Source: a virus
Lineage: Duplodnaviria > Heunggongvirae > Uroviricota > Caudoviricetes
Direction: 5' to 3' (one strand)
Virus record (IMG/VR): IMGVR_UViG_2778261394_000006
Span: 1-47,808 of that record
DNA: 47,808 bases
In this document: positions 9,523-20,005 of the stretch, one piece after another
Layout of the letters: each line of letters begins with the position of its first letter
Numbering within the stretch: the stretch's first letter is position 1
Position numbers and translations under genes: made by a program
The notes under the pieces: generated by a model
What the model was told of the DNA's origin: nothing
The model's input: only the letters and a program-made list of their open reading frames with translations
Databases searched by the model: none

Positions 9523-10529
9523 TACACCCTCGCCCAGTTCTCAGCATATGCCTCAAATACCGTCACCCAGGCATCGCCATCGGCTGTCAGATACGAACCA
9601 ATGTGTCTGACTGATTTCACAAGAAATTTCCCGGTGAACGTGGTCGAATTTTTTGCGATAACGCTGGGTACCGTTGTATTAGCCATCACAATCGACGCAG
9701 CGCCAGAATATAGCCCCTCCGGCAGTTTAACCACATCACCACATCTGATATCGCCTCTCATAGGGCATTTGAAACTGACGGTAAACGGCGCTATCCATGT
9801 CGGCTGCCCGACCAGTTCATGGGCATGAATTGTTTTTGGCTCACCCCACTTTGCCGATGCGTTATCGTAGATTCGTATTCTGTCGGAAAGAATACTGATG
9901 GCGATTCCGCTATACCTTTCATTACGCATCATCGCAATAGAGGCGTTTTTTACGACCATAGCCAGCGAACCAATCTCCGTATATTTGCCCGTCCACGGCT
10001 CTGGCAAAACCAGGTTGTCGCTGACTGTGCAATCAATAAGTTTATTGGGATATGCTTTTTGCAAAGCGCGGACTAAAACATCGCCCACCCTTTCCCCTGC
10101 TTCCCCCTGCCCCTCAATTGAAAAAGGTTTACCGTCATCGGTTTTGCGTATGCTTGGATTTATTACCAGGTTTAAAGTCTGGTTCGTGCCGATCCAGTTG
10201 GCATAGGCCAGATAAATTTCACCATAGATTACCTCCCCCTGTTGATCCTTATTTGCCAGTGGTAACCCCTGAACAAAGCCTGCTTTCATACGTACCAGAC
10301 AACCCTGCAAACTTACGCTTTGCTTCAGCATGTCAATTGGTAATCCATAGATCGTCAGCATCGTACCCGAACAGACTACATCCAGGCCGGTTACTTCAAA
10401 GTCAAATTCAATATGCAACCCACATCCTAGTGTTTCATTGGTATCAAAAGGTCCAATGGGTTTTCCATTGCTATCCACTGGCGGCTTGCCTGTTTTAGGA
10501 TTAATAATTTCCAGTCGGTAATAACGCAT
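9522..10529 (-). CDS. Putative tail protein (gpD/P-like position)
   Basis: 335 aa ORF, translationally coupled to neighbours; synteny. Confidence 0.45.
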   Translation of the reverse strand: MRYYRLEIINPKTGKPPVDSNGKPIGPFDTNETLGCGLHIEFDFEVTGLDVVCSGTMLTIYGLPIDMLKQSVSLQGCLVRMKAGFVQGLPLANKDQQGEVIYGEIYLAYANWIGTNQTLNLVINPSIRKTDDGKPFSIEGQGEAGERVGDVLVRALQKAYPNKLIDCTVSDNLVLPEPWTGKYTEIGSLAMVVKNASIAMMRNERYSGIAISILSDRIRIYDNASAKWGEPKTIHAHELVGQPTWIAPFTVSFKCPMRGDIRCGDVVKLPEGLYSGAASIVMANTTVPSVIAKNSTTFTGKFLVKSVRHIGSYLTADGDAWVTVFEAYAENWARV

Positions 10530-10795
10530 TACGAAACCTCAAACTGATTCGTACTTTTGCGAAAAACAAGTTTCCCCGGTGAGCAAGGCAGCGCCAGATT
10601 GATGTCGTAACTGTCAGGTGACGCGATCAAAGGCATGTATACAATCACGTCGCCTGAACTGTCTTTCAGTTCCAGGTAGTAACGATTTGCATACAGATTA
10701 AACGGAACGCGGGCGAATGTTTCATATTCTCCGATTCTGGCCGTGAACTGAAATGGTCCTCGCCCGTCAGGTTTGAAAGGAATTAACGTTGTCAT
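10529..10795 (-). CDS. Putative tail protein, small
   Basis: 88 aa ORF with 4-bp overlaps to neighbours. Confidence 0.4.
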   Translation of the reverse strand: MTTLIPFKPDGRGPFQFTARIGEYETFARVPFNLYANRYYLELKDSSGDVIVYMPLIASPDSYDINLALPCSPGKLVFRKSTNQFEVS

Positions 10796-11460
10796 AAGCC
10801 AAAACCAAACTCCTGCACGACCTGGTTCTTAATACCTGACCACGATAGCGCCCCGTCTGACGGCATCCCTTTATCAAATTTATCCAGAACGCTCGCCAGC
10901 GTTTTTACCGTTTGTTCGACAGACGACAATGGTTGCTCAAACTCAATCTGCCAGGTGTGCTGAACCTGCTTGTTCTGCTCAGAGAAACCGGATGTATCGA
11001 TAAACGACCGCATCAGACAGCGCGTGTAGATGAAAGATGGCGTCATTACGGTGTAACAACCGCCATACTGGTTATGCATATCGAGCGCCATTTTCAGCGC
11101 CGTGAATGTCATCCCCTTAGTGATGTAGCCACCGTCCTCCGTTGATGCCGGACGGATCATCTGCATGACTACTCGGTTAGGCTTCTTGACGGTCGCATTC
11201 GCTGCCGTTACCTGGTTATAGAAATTCAGGTTGCAAATATCCTGCTGAACCAACGTTGTCCCCGCCATCGGGGTAAATGCCGCCATCGAGCGTGTACGAA
11301 TCTCGCCATGCAGCAGACCGTTCACAATGCTTAGGCCTTCGGTCAAAACAGCAATCGGCATCACCCCGCCGGGAATTTTCGACGCTATGCCATCAACTAA
11401 AAGAATGGGCGATACTTCAAACGCCAGTTTGAAAGCTTGTCCAAAGTAATTAAGTGACAT
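10792..11460 (-). CDS. Putative tail protein (downstream of tape measure)
   Basis: 222 aa ORF; synteny. Confidence 0.45.
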   Translation of the reverse strand: MSLNYFGQAFKLAFEVSPILLVDGIASKIPGGVMPIAVLTEGLSIVNGLLHGEIRTRSMAAFTPMAGTTLVQQDICNLNFYNQVTAANATVKKPNRVVMQMIRPASTEDGGYITKGMTFTALKMALDMHNQYGGCYTVMTPSFIYTRCLMRSFIDTSGFSEQNKQVQHTWQIEFEQPLSSVEQTVKTLASVLDKFDKGMPSDGALSWSGIKNQVVQEFGFGL

Positions 11461-11463
11461 GGT

Positions 11464-13542
11464 TTACCCCGGTATTTGTTGCATTCCGGCGAGTTGTGCC
11501 AGTATGTCGGAACCTGGTTTTTGTTGAACGTCGAGCCTGATTACCTGAGAAGTATTATTTGGTGAATATACGTTTCCCCGGTTCATTGCCAGCGCCCGCA
11601 TCACATCATCGCCACTTACTGCACGAGCGGCGTCCCCATTTTCATGGTTAATAATGCCCTGAATTAGCTTTCTCATTATCTCAAAATTAGAACCATCGAT
11701 TTTCTCCTTAACACCTAATCCGGTGTACTGAGAGAGATAGCTTTTATAGGACGATGTGTTATTTCCATCAGATGAAGGGGCATAAATATCAATAATCTGA
11801 TCAATCGTATTTTTGCCGCGTTTCAGGTATAGCATTACCTGCCGATCTAAGGCAGCAATGCCTTCCAGCATCGTCGGGAAGCTGGCAAAACGGGCATTTG
11901 GCCCCGATTCCAAGGTAGCCCCTTTTTGTCCTGCGAAATTAAGATTTCCGGGATTGTTATTCCTGATCCCTCTGGATAAATATGCAGATCTGTTTACTTG
12001 ATTTGAAAATCCCTGCAATCCTCCAGGCCAGACCTTACCCGGATTGTTTTTTTGCCACTCCTGCACTTCGTTAAAATAATCAAAGTTGAAACGCCCCTCC
12101 AGCCCTTTCATTTCCTCACTGGTGGTAGGTGTGTCATTTGTAGGAATAGCCAATCCAGCTACTGTTCCGGCTGTAGCCCCAAGAAGACTTCCACCAACAA
12201 CACGGGCGGCAACTCCGGTCGTTGTGGCTGCCACAGCACCAACTCTCGATGGTCCAGCAAGTACTGCGGCCCCAAAAAGCCAGGGATGTTCAACCGCAAA
12301 ACCAACAAACCCGCTAAGTGCCTTAACAACCTTTGCAACATTTTCGGCAAAATTATTCAGGTCGTTATTAAAATCCGGGCCATTTACATACTTACCAAGT
12401 TTATCCAGACCTGTTTCAACATCAGTCAAAATTCTTTTAAAGTTCTCACCGTTAAGGAAATTTAGACCAGCATTCTTTACACCATTAGATATTCTAATTA
12501 GCTGTACAGAGTTACCCGACATTGCCCCCTGAAATCCGCTGGTAAGTTGATCCCAGTTATTTTCTAAGTTGCTGGTAAGATTCTGATACTGGCTTGTATG
12601 TCCAGAGGTGAGCAACGAGTCATTCTGAGAAGCTCGCGATAAAAACTCTTTGTTGAGTTCAGGTATTTTGTCCTGATATTTGACTAACTGGTTAGCAATA
12701 CCAAAATTTACCCATCCAAGGCCACGACCTCTGAGCATGCTCTGAGTAAGTCCGGTTCCCTCATACTCCTTTGCAAGAGCAGCAACTCTTTCTAACAATA
12801 CAGGAAGATTTTCTGCTGCCCCTTTTTTAGGATTTATCCCTAATCCAATTAGCCCGTTGTAGGCAGAATGCTGAGTGTCATTTTGCGCGGCTGCCAGTGT
12901 ATTGAGCAAATTACCAACACCGGAAAAATAAGGCGAATAAGTGCTTTCTGCCGCCTTTAACTCTCCTGGAGTTGCCTGCAATTCATCAGCATTTTTCTGT
13001 TTCTCTACAACATTACGAGCCATCATGCCAAAGCCAAACGGCCCGGCAACGCCCATAACCGCAAGTTTTGTCCCCCACGATACGGTGGTTTTAAACAGGT
13101 TGTTTAATCTCGAAGTGGTCGTCCGTAGCGTAGAATTGATCTGCTTGTAAGTTTTCAGCGTCTGTTTGGCGTTTTTCCCCAGCCCGCTGAGGTACTTATC
13201 AAACATCGTTTCGCCGCGACCTTTATAGTTGCTCACCAGCGAATCAGGTGTTTTCCCGCTGCCAACAAAGCGCCATTTTTCATCCCTTAAACGTCCATCA
13301 GTGGAAGCAGCCAGAACTGGCGCGGGTGAAGATGGTTTCCTGGGAGCCTGATTGGCTTCTCCGCCTGTGGTTGTCTGCCAAGAGCCACCTCCCGGACCGG
13401 TATTTGAAGGTATTTTAAGCGGCGTACCGGCAGGGCCAATCATCAGTCCGTTGCGATACTTTTCAAATATCGCCTCAAGCCGCCTGAGGTGTTCTTCATT
13501 AACATCCAGCGTCAGAACTGGCATCTGGTTACCAGCCATCAC
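11464..13542 (-). CDS. Tail tape measure protein
   Basis: 692 aa; Gly/Ala-rich hydrophobic segment (AVLAGPSRVGAVAATTTGVAARVVGGSLLGATAGTVAGLAI); position after chaperone ORFs. Confidence 0.65.
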   Translation of the reverse strand: MMAGNQMPVLTLDVNEEHLRRLEAIFEKYRNGLMIGPAGTPLKIPSNTGPGGGSWQTTTGGEANQAPRKPSSPAPVLAASTDGRLRDEKWRFVGSGKTPDSLVSNYKGRGETMFDKYLSGLGKNAKQTLKTYKQINSTLRTTTSRLNNLFKTTVSWGTKLAVMGVAGPFGFGMMARNVVEKQKNADELQATPGELKAAESTYSPYFSGVGNLLNTLAAAQNDTQHSAYNGLIGLGINPKKGAAENLPVLLERVAALAKEYEGTGLTQSMLRGRGLGWVNFGIANQLVKYQDKIPELNKEFLSRASQNDSLLTSGHTSQYQNLTSNLENNWDQLTSGFQGAMSGNSVQLIRISNGVKNAGLNFLNGENFKRILTDVETGLDKLGKYVNGPDFNNDLNNFAENVAKVVKALSGFVGFAVEHPWLFGAAVLAGPSRVGAVAATTTGVAARVVGGSLLGATAGTVAGLAIPTNDTPTTSEEMKGLEGRFNFDYFNEVQEWQKNNPGKVWPGGLQGFSNQVNRSAYLSRGIRNNNPGNLNFAGQKGATLESGPNARFASFPTMLEGIAALDRQVMLYLKRGKNTIDQIIDIYAPSSDGNNTSSYKSYLSQYTGLGVKEKIDGSNFEIMRKLIQGIINHENGDAARAVSGDDVMRALAMNRGNVYSPNNTSQVIRLDVQQKPGSDILAQLAGMQQIPG

Positions 13543-13832
13543 AATACTCCTGCGGGATTTTTGAATTTGAGCAGCTCACGAAACTGAGCTGCTGTTTTTA
13601 CATTTAGGCCGGAATCTGCACAGATGTCTCTGAATCCGGCTCCGGCTGAGTAGTCGAGGATGTCGCTGATGACGTGTTCGCCGTCGCGCCAGAACTGGCG
13701 GCTGATTTCAATGTCGGCAATGAAGCGATCCATTCCGTAAGATTCAATAACGAGCATTGAGTGCTCCATACTCCATTGACCACATCCATAGTCCCCTTCG
13801 CCTGCTCCGGTGAATTTATCGACGAGACGCAT
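13539..13832 (-). CDS. Tail assembly chaperone -1 frame extension (E'/T-like), probably expressed by frameshift from the upstream ORF
   Basis: 97-codon ORF in -1 frame relative to 13604..14221; frame opens exactly at a T8 run; no Shine-Dalgarno before its ATG. Confidence 0.45.
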   Translation of the reverse strand: MRLVDKFTGAGEGDYGCGQWSMEHSMLVIESYGMDRFIADIEISRQFWRDGEHVISDILDYSAGAGFRDICADSGLNVKTAAQFRELLKFKNPAGVL

Positions 13833-14221
13833 GTAAAAAAAATGAGCTCACCCGCCACTTCATCCAAATCAATGATTTCACGCTCCAGCGCCATATCGAG
13901 AGGGATTGTGTCGTAGCCTTTACCCTCCACTGGGTAAACAAGGTTTGCCAGGCGAATGACCTCATTAACAAGTGTATTACGGACCCCTTTATCACCTTCC
14001 CAGATATTAGAATCACGCGAGATCCGCTCCAGCATCAAAAAAGCGATACGCGGACCCGCAACGACGCCAAGACCTTCTGAAAAAATGGCAGAAAAAGTTT
14101 TACTCAGAATGAAGAAATGCTCTTTAAACACCTCTTTGCTGATCGGCGTGGCATGGATCCAGCCATTACCCTTTTCTGTCCGGACAGGAATAATCAGGTT
14201 TAAATTTCGCGCGATTTTCAT
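13604..14221 (-). CDS. Tail assembly chaperone (G/E-like)
   Basis: ORF between tube and tape-measure genes; ATGA overlap with tube stop; contains slippery T8 at 13835-13842. Confidence 0.5.
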   Translation of the reverse strand: MKIARNLNLIIPVRTEKGNGWIHATPISKEVFKEHFFILSKTFSAIFSEGLGVVAGPRIAFLMLERISRDSNIWEGDKGVRNTLVNEVIRLANLVYPVEGKGYDTIPLDMALEREIIDLDEVAGELIFFTCVSSINSPEQAKGTMDVVNGVWSTQCSLLNLTEWIASLPTLKSAASSGATANTSSATSSTTQPEPDSETSVQIPA

Positions 14222-14661
14222 ACCAGATCCCACATTTCAGAGTTGATGTAATACGTACCAGTAATGGTGATGGCCACACCCGGCTCGCCCCCGGCGAAGG
14301 TCATATCCTGCACGTTGGTGATCGCCGTGTTATAGATATCGAAGTCACCGAACACCGTGCTGTCGCTATACACTTTTGCGTCGCCGATCGTGGCATTCTT
14401 TTCCCATTGCGCCTTGAATTGTTTTCCCAGCGCCTGGCTACGCAGCAGATGAACACGCGCCTGTAAAATCATGTATGGCTGCGGCGACTGCACGGCTCCC
14501 GTCATAGCGGGTAAAAACTCCGTGATATTGCCCTGAAAGGACAATTCGACGCCTTCTTTTGCCAGAAATGAGGCGGACACATTCAGTTCAGAATGGGAGG
14601 TGAATTTAACGCTGGCGCGAACCCGGTTAAGGGTGCCAACGGGGATCATTGGATTAGGCAC
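14218..14661 (-). CDS. Putative tail tube protein
   Basis: 147 aa; follows the sheath-sized gene. Confidence 0.5.
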   Translation of the reverse strand: MPNPMIPVGTLNRVRASVKFTSHSELNVSASFLAKEGVELSFQGNITEFLPAMTGAVQSPQPYMILQARVHLLRSQALGKQFKAQWEKNATIGDAKVYSDSTVFGDFDIYNTAITNVQDMTFAGGEPGVAITITGTYYINSEMWDLV

Positions 14662-14672
14662 GGTTCAGTCCC

Positions 14673-16010
14673 TCACGAAAGCTGCATTGTCACATTGATG
14701 TTAAAAATGATTTCGACAAATCCGCGCATCGGCGTATAGGAGGCCGAAAGGCCTGCATAACGCCCGATACCGTAATCATTGGGATTAGTGTTGATATACT
14801 GGCGGAAAGGCACTGCATCGACGACAGGCTGACCGTTGACCAGGCCGTAAGATACGCCCGTATTGAACACCGCCTGTGCGACCTGCTGTAGACGGTCGAT
14901 CCCGTCCTGGTTGTAGTAAAGCGGGTTAATTGAGTTATTGCTGCCGTTGATCACCGTGTTGGCGAGCTGCATATCGACATTAATCTGCACCCAGTCCACG
15001 GAATACCAGTACGTCATATCGTTACCGTCACTGGTAACGCCTTTCACCAGAATCGTGTTGGAAATTCCCCCCTCAGCCCCCGTGTCGACGTAGTTAATAT
15101 TCTGCTTCGTCATCGTGACCAGAATTGAATTTTTGCCCTTGTGGGCGTTTACCGCCTGTAGATAGCGAAATGCCATCGGCGGCACCTTGTTGATTTCTGA
15201 AGGTGATGCGGAAACATAGTTCCACATTACGGCTGCTGCCGCGTTTGTCGCCGGATACGTATCATCCGCCGTTGCAATAACCGACTTAATACCGGCATAA
15301 GGCGAAACGTAATTCGTGTCGTCCGGCGTTTTCGTCAGCACGAAGAAATACTGCATCGCTTCGTTGGCGGTGTGGAGTTTTGCCAGACTGATAAACTCTG
15401 CGTCACCATCCCACGGCTGCGGCACCAGATACGCATAAAAACGCAGGAGCGGATCTTCCATATAAGCTTTCAGTGCAGCGATTTCCTTACTGACTCCACC
15501 TTTCTGTACTCCCAGCTCCAGCAGGTAAATCCCAACTGAATTTCCCTGGGCAAAAAACGTGTTTACTGCCGTCACCAGATTTTCACTGCCAACAATGGAA
15601 AACTGCCCCAGTGTCACTGGCGAACCGGAAAGCTGAGAATCAGCAATCGTCCAGGTCAGTGTTTTTTCATCCGTGACGGTAGCAGTATATTCGCCATTCC
15701 ACGCGTCGGGCGAACACCCGGAAACAACAATTTTCACCTCAGAACTGTTTTCGCGTCGGATGTTGCTCCCTTCCGGAAGCGTCATCGTAACGGTGACGTT
15801 TGCCGCAGATTTTCCTGCGGCAGCCGCCGACAACGCAGCAATCGGATTTCTTACCAGATCGTTAATATCCTGATTACGGGTGAGTAATACAGGCTTTCCC
15901 GGCTCATGAGTCGTGGAGCCAAACGAGAGAACAGCGGACATCTGCTGCAAATTCGAGGGAATGGCCCCGATGGTCTGGGACACATTCACCGTGACGATAT
16001 TAAACCCCAT
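14673..16010 (-). CDS. Putative tail sheath protein
   Basis: 445 aa; position before tube/chaperone/tape measure implies a contractile tail. Confidence 0.5.
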   Translation of the reverse strand: MGFNIVTVNVSQTIGAIPSNLQQMSAVLSFGSTTHEPGKPVLLTRNQDINDLVRNPIAALSAAAAGKSAANVTVTMTLPEGSNIRRENSSEVKIVVSGCSPDAWNGEYTATVTDEKTLTWTIADSQLSGSPVTLGQFSIVGSENLVTAVNTFFAQGNSVGIYLLELGVQKGGVSKEIAALKAYMEDPLLRFYAYLVPQPWDGDAEFISLAKLHTANEAMQYFFVLTKTPDDTNYVSPYAGIKSVIATADDTYPATNAAAAVMWNYVSASPSEINKVPPMAFRYLQAVNAHKGKNSILVTMTKQNINYVDTGAEGGISNTILVKGVTSDGNDMTYWYSVDWVQINVDMQLANTVINGSNNSINPLYYNQDGIDRLQQVAQAVFNTGVSYGLVNGQPVVDAVPFRQYINTNPNDYGIGRYAGLSASYTPMRGFVEIIFNINVTMQLS

Positions 16011-16954
16011 TATTTAACCTCATATTTACAAATGACTTTTTCAATCAACTGCCGGGATATTTCCCGGGCGGTGCTCTGGTAGTAATTCACGTCAAAATCG
16101 ACAATCTTTTTCTTCGCCAGAGCGTTGATTTCAACCTGTCCCGACTTTGCGTCCTGAACCACCGGAATATTGGTTACACCAAACTTTTCCTCCTCCAGCG
16201 CCCTGTTCACCACCGAGTCGACAAGATCCAGCGCCATTTTGTTGCTGAATCCGTAAAGCGTCAGGCGAACCGAATCCTGGACGAGCTGGAATCGCTCACC
16301 ACCGAAAACAACGGGAGCCACCTGCAAAGGAATACTGTTGCGAACATCCACCGCGATATACGGAGGGCGAAGGTTCTGCGGTACCAGGTAAGACGGATAC
16401 ACGGTCGCGGCATCTTTCATTTGCAGCCAGATCGGGATGCTGTTGGATATGATCTGCTCGTCGCTGATATCCTCCTCGCAGTCGATAATCTGGGAACGCA
16501 TGGTTGGCAAAATCGCCATGCCGCGATAATGAAAAATACCCGACTGCTGATAGCGGCTCTCCATTCGAGAAAAAGCGAACTGGACGCCGCCGTACTCACC
16601 GAGATAGATCGCATCGGGATTTTCCACATTAAAATCATCAACCTGCTGAACAGGCGTGAAAATAATGTTGTTCACATCCTTCGAGACAGACTCGTCCTGA
16701 ATCGCAATAACCTGACGATGCAGGCTGCCTTTGATTTTCAGACGAGTTGGTGACTCAATATTCAGACGACACAGTTCATCGCAACTGATGATTTCCGCAT
16801 TAACCCAATAGACAAAACCATCCAGCGGCAGAACCTGCCGGACATAGAGCCTGAACGTGATTTCCTGGTCTGACGAGATGGTTTCAACTGCGGATTTAAG
16901 AACGGACGAGAGCTGCGAACTGTGCTGTTCGGCTAATTCTTCAAGACTCGGCAT
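16010..16954 (-). CDS. Hypothetical head-tail joining / tail completion protein
   Basis: 314 aa ORF between capsid and sheath genes. Confidence 0.4.
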   Translation of the reverse strand: MPSLEELAEQHSSQLSSVLKSAVETISSDQEITFRLYVRQVLPLDGFVYWVNAEIISCDELCRLNIESPTRLKIKGSLHRQVIAIQDESVSKDVNNIIFTPVQQVDDFNVENPDAIYLGEYGGVQFAFSRMESRYQQSGIFHYRGMAILPTMRSQIIDCEEDISDEQIISNSIPIWLQMKDAATVYPSYLVPQNLRPPYIAVDVRNSIPLQVAPVVFGGERFQLVQDSVRLTLYGFSNKMALDLVDSVVNRALEEEKFGVTNIPVVQDAKSGQVEINALAKKKIVDFDVNYYQSTAREISRQLIEKVICKYEVK

Positions 16955-17396
16955 TGTTATCTATCCACGCTATAAAGCTGCCCTTAAACAGGCCGCCATC
17001 TATGAATGACGGGCGCCGCTCCCCGGTATATTTGTCCTTAAGCCTTGAGTTAACACCCTGTAACGCAGCCTGGGTTGGGACCTGATTTCCGTTGATCGTC
17101 ATTCCGGCCATTTCTTCGGTTTCAAGAAATATATGGAAAATCTTCCCGGTCCCTTCCAGAAAATGCTCGCCAGGTAGCGGAGCCTTATACTTGAAGTGAT
17201 TGACCAACTGGTACGCCAGTTCAGTACCTGCCTCCTGGATAATCTCGTCCTTATGCATTTCCCAGAAGTGCGTAAAAATTTCGTATCGCTCCTCGAGGTC
17301 ACAGGCCACGTCAAACGTGGTTTTTCCCGGTTCGTCGCCGTAGTCATACGGCTGGTCGATAACCCCAAAACAAAGTTTCATGGCGTGTAACCCCAT
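16941..17396 (-). CDS. Hypothetical virion protein
   Basis: 151 aa ORF in late operon. Confidence 0.4.
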   Translation of the reverse strand: MGLHAMKLCFGVIDQPYDYGDEPGKTTFDVACDLEERYEIFTHFWEMHKDEIIQEAGTELAYQLVNHFKYKAPLPGEHFLEGTGKIFHIFLETEEMAGMTINGNQVPTQAALQGVNSRLKDKYTGERRPSFIDGGLFKGSFIAWIDNNAES

Positions 17397-17818
17397 ACCG
17401 TGCCCATCTGCATCAGCACCGCAACAACCTGTCGTCCATACGGATCCTGTAACATCTGCAAATCCAGCAAAGACAGATTACTCAGCGCGTCGCTGATGGT
17501 GATCGAACCAGATGTCCCCTGGTCTGCTGCCGCGCTGACAAGCCCGGTAGCCAGTTTCCCAAGGTTGAGTTTTTTTCTCAGGTCGGCAAACCACGAGCCG
17601 GGAGCGAAATTCAGGAGAAATGAGGCGGCAGCGTTATAAACCGTTCGCACATAGATGATGGGTAAACGCTCCAGCCCCTGATCGTGAGGGATTAGCTCCA
17701 TCGCAGACTGAAAGCAACATTCCAGCGTCGGATCATCGTCAGCAATAGCGTGAACCGGTACTTTCATGTCGTCACGAACAAAGCGAATAAATCCCTCCAG
17801 TGACGGACGCAAGGTCAT
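17378..17818 (-). CDS. Hypothetical virion protein
   Basis: 146 aa ORF in late operon. Confidence 0.4.
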   Translation of the reverse strand: MTLRPSLEGFIRFVRDDMKVPVHAIADDDPTLECCFQSAMELIPHDQGLERLPIIYVRTVYNAAASFLLNFAPGSWFADLRKKLNLGKLATGLVSAAADQGTSGSITISDALSNLSLLDLQMLQDPYGRQVVAVLMQMGTVWGYTP

Positions 17819-18288
17819 TATTTTTTAACCTTAATATTTCGCTTTGTGCTGGGCGGATTTTCCTGTTCAGTGTTAATCGCTTCCCCGGTGATTTCCATTT
17901 CAATACCACCCGGTTGAGGTTTTTCGCCACTTTGAATCACTGCCTGATCCACTGCGTTATTCAGCGATACGGCGCTGGCTGCAAGAATTTCTTCTGACAG
18001 GGATTCCAGATTTTCCGTTTTCTGCTCCGCGCAATCCTCAATGCGACCGACGCTCACAGGTTTATCGATGGAATAGCAGATACCGGAAAAATTCTTGTCC
18101 ACCTTGTCACAACGCTGGAATCCGTAAGGCTCATGCTGTCGGATGATGTGGTCGATAATATCGGACTGATTTTCGATCATATGCTGACGTCCGGACGGAA
18201 TTGTCACACCGAACGACTGCGTTTTTTCGGGGAGTTTGTAGTTGAACGTGTGCGGCTGACGTGAGCAGTTAGCGATGTAGAGCTTCAT
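17818..18288 (-). CDS. Hypothetical virion protein
   Basis: ORF trimmed to internal Met MKLYIAN. Confidence 0.35.
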   Translation of the reverse strand: MKLYIANCSRQPHTFNYKLPEKTQSFGVTIPSGRQHMIENQSDIIDHIIRQHEPYGFQRCDKVDKNFSGICYSIDKPVSVGRIEDCAEQKTENLESLSEEILAASAVSLNNAVDQAVIQSGEKPQPGGIEMEITGEAINTEQENPPSTKRNIKVKK

Positions 18289-18344
18289 AAATTTTTCCCA
18301 CAAAAAAGGGAGCATTTAGCTCCCCGCGTTATCAGATTGAACGT

Positions 18345-19373
18345 TTATGCGTATTTGGCAGACAACAGGGTGATCCCCTCAGGGCGGAAGTTCCAGCCCG
18401 GCGTCGCGCGCATGGTATACAACGTGGTCAGGCCGCCATCCGGCATAGGGGACGGGATTTCCGTCGGCGCTGCCATATCACAGAACATCACGTTGACGGC
18501 CTGCTGGTTAGGTACCAGCGTGGAGAAAATATTGGTGTTAATGGTGTGACGCGCTTCCGGAACCTCAATCGTCGGGTTCGTAACGATGATCAGGTCATTA
18601 CCACCAGCGCCTTTACCGATCAGCGTGTCGTCCTGGCAGAACATGATGTCGTCGCCTGTCGCCTTATCGGCGACGTCTTTAACCATCGTTCCCACCGTTC
18701 CGGTACCACCACCAGGACGCTGGTAACTGGTCAGCTCAACAATTCCTGTCCACTCCAGCGCCTTCATGAATCGCTGTGGGCTCAGAATAACAGTCGTTAA
18801 TGGCTGCCCCAGCAGCAACATGCGGGTTTTCTGGTCAGCAATCAGGCCAAGCATAAATTTAGCCATCTCGCCGGAATCCCAGGTGGTGTACGAATCGTTA
18901 CCTTTGCTGTCGTTGCCCAGATTCAGCGTCACTGCGTTCGGTGAGTTGGTGATCCCCTCGTTATTAGCTGCATTCACGCCATACAGCAGCATATTACGCA
19001 ACATTTGAGCGTGTCCCTGACGGTTAGCCAGGCGCAGGCCTTCAATCAGAGAATAGCCCCAGCGATCTGCTGCATCAGTATCGAGATAGCTGTATTGCGA
19101 GCGGGAAGAAATTCGGTAAGTCATCATTCCGTCATAGCCGCCAGAGATACTGGAAGACGGTAACTGACCCGGCAGAGACTGGCTGACCTGCGCCTGCGAG
19201 GTCATGCGCAGATATTTCTGATAGACCATCAAATCACTGGAACTGATTTTTACCGCTGGAGCACCACCAGCCAGGACTTCAAACGCCCCGGAAGCCATGC
19301 TCTGTTGCACGATCATTTCCGGCAGCACCATTGACGGCGACACAATAGTAGTCGCAGGAGTAAATGCGCTCAT
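18345..19373 (-). CDS. Putative major capsid protein
   Basis: 342 aa; position after scaffold-like gene. Confidence 0.55.
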   Translation of the reverse strand: MSAFTPATTIVSPSMVLPEMIVQQSMASGAFEVLAGGAPAVKISSSDLMVYQKYLRMTSQAQVSQSLPGQLPSSSISGGYDGMMTYRISSRSQYSYLDTDAADRWGYSLIEGLRLANRQGHAQMLRNMLLYGVNAANNEGITNSPNAVTLNLGNDSKGNDSYTTWDSGEMAKFMLGLIADQKTRMLLLGQPLTTVILSPQRFMKALEWTGIVELTSYQRPGGGTGTVGTMVKDVADKATGDDIMFCQDDTLIGKGAGGNDLIIVTNPTIEVPEARHTINTNIFSTLVPNQQAVNVMFCDMAAPTEIPSPMPDGGLTTLYTMRATPGWNFRPEGITLLSAKYA

Positions 19374-19387
19374 TAATTAATATCCCC

Positions 19388-20005
19388 TTAAATTAAAAAC
19401 AGGCCGCACGGTTTGCCGATTTCCCAGACAACGTTACCGCCATCCTCTTTTTTCACCGTCAGGTTTCCGTCAACTGAAACCATCAGCAGCTTAATATCCA
19501 CTTTCGGATTAGCGCCGGGTGATCCCGAATAAACATCAACCATGTTTTTCGTCAGATCCCACACAAAACCACTGGCAGCAACGGTGTTATTTCCATCAGC
19601 CAGCGCAACAACTTCTGCACTGACAGGGAGAGGAATGCGGGCACCTGAGCCAACGCGGTAATAGTGAACAAAGCCACCCGCGAGATATAACGGCACCGGA
19701 TTATCCGGCGTGGTAATGCCATGAAATGCCTGATTAAAGACAGTAAAGGCGTTACAGGCGTCCTTCGTGGCTTGTTTAATTACCGCACCGTTAACGCTGT
19801 CTTTCGCGGGAGCAATGCACTCCATAACTCCAACTCCACCCCATACCGGTTCAGTGATTTTGCTGTCCAGTCGACCGGAGCAAAGTTGCAGACGAATTGC
19901 CGGATCATCCTGCGCATCCCCCTGCATCAGCCCACGGGATTCGACGTTAAAAAGGCCACCAAATGCTCCACGGTTTTTAAACGGATGAAAGTTAATATCA
20001 GCCAT
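19388..20005 (-). CDS. Hypothetical head protein
   Basis: 205 aa ORF between scaffold-like and capsid genes. Confidence 0.4.
   Translation of the reverse strand: MADINFHPFKNRGAFGGLFNVESRGLMQGDAQDDPAIRLQLCSGRLDSKITEPVWGGVGVMECIAPAKDSVNGAVIKQATKDACNAFTVFNQAFHGITTPDNPVPLYLAGGFVHYYRVGSGARIPLPVSAEVVALADGNNTVAASGFVWDLTKNMVDVYSGSPGANPKVDIKLLMVSVDGNLTVKKEDGGNVVWEIGKPCGLFLI

Noticed and set aside
10052-10498. 148-aa + strand ORF antisense to the 335-aa tail gene
   Set aside because: Pro/Leu-rich antisense artefact
12086-12532. 148-aa and 137-aa + strand ORFs inside the tape-measure gene
   Set aside because: Antisense to a long well-supported ORF; no ribosome-binding site; low-complexity translation
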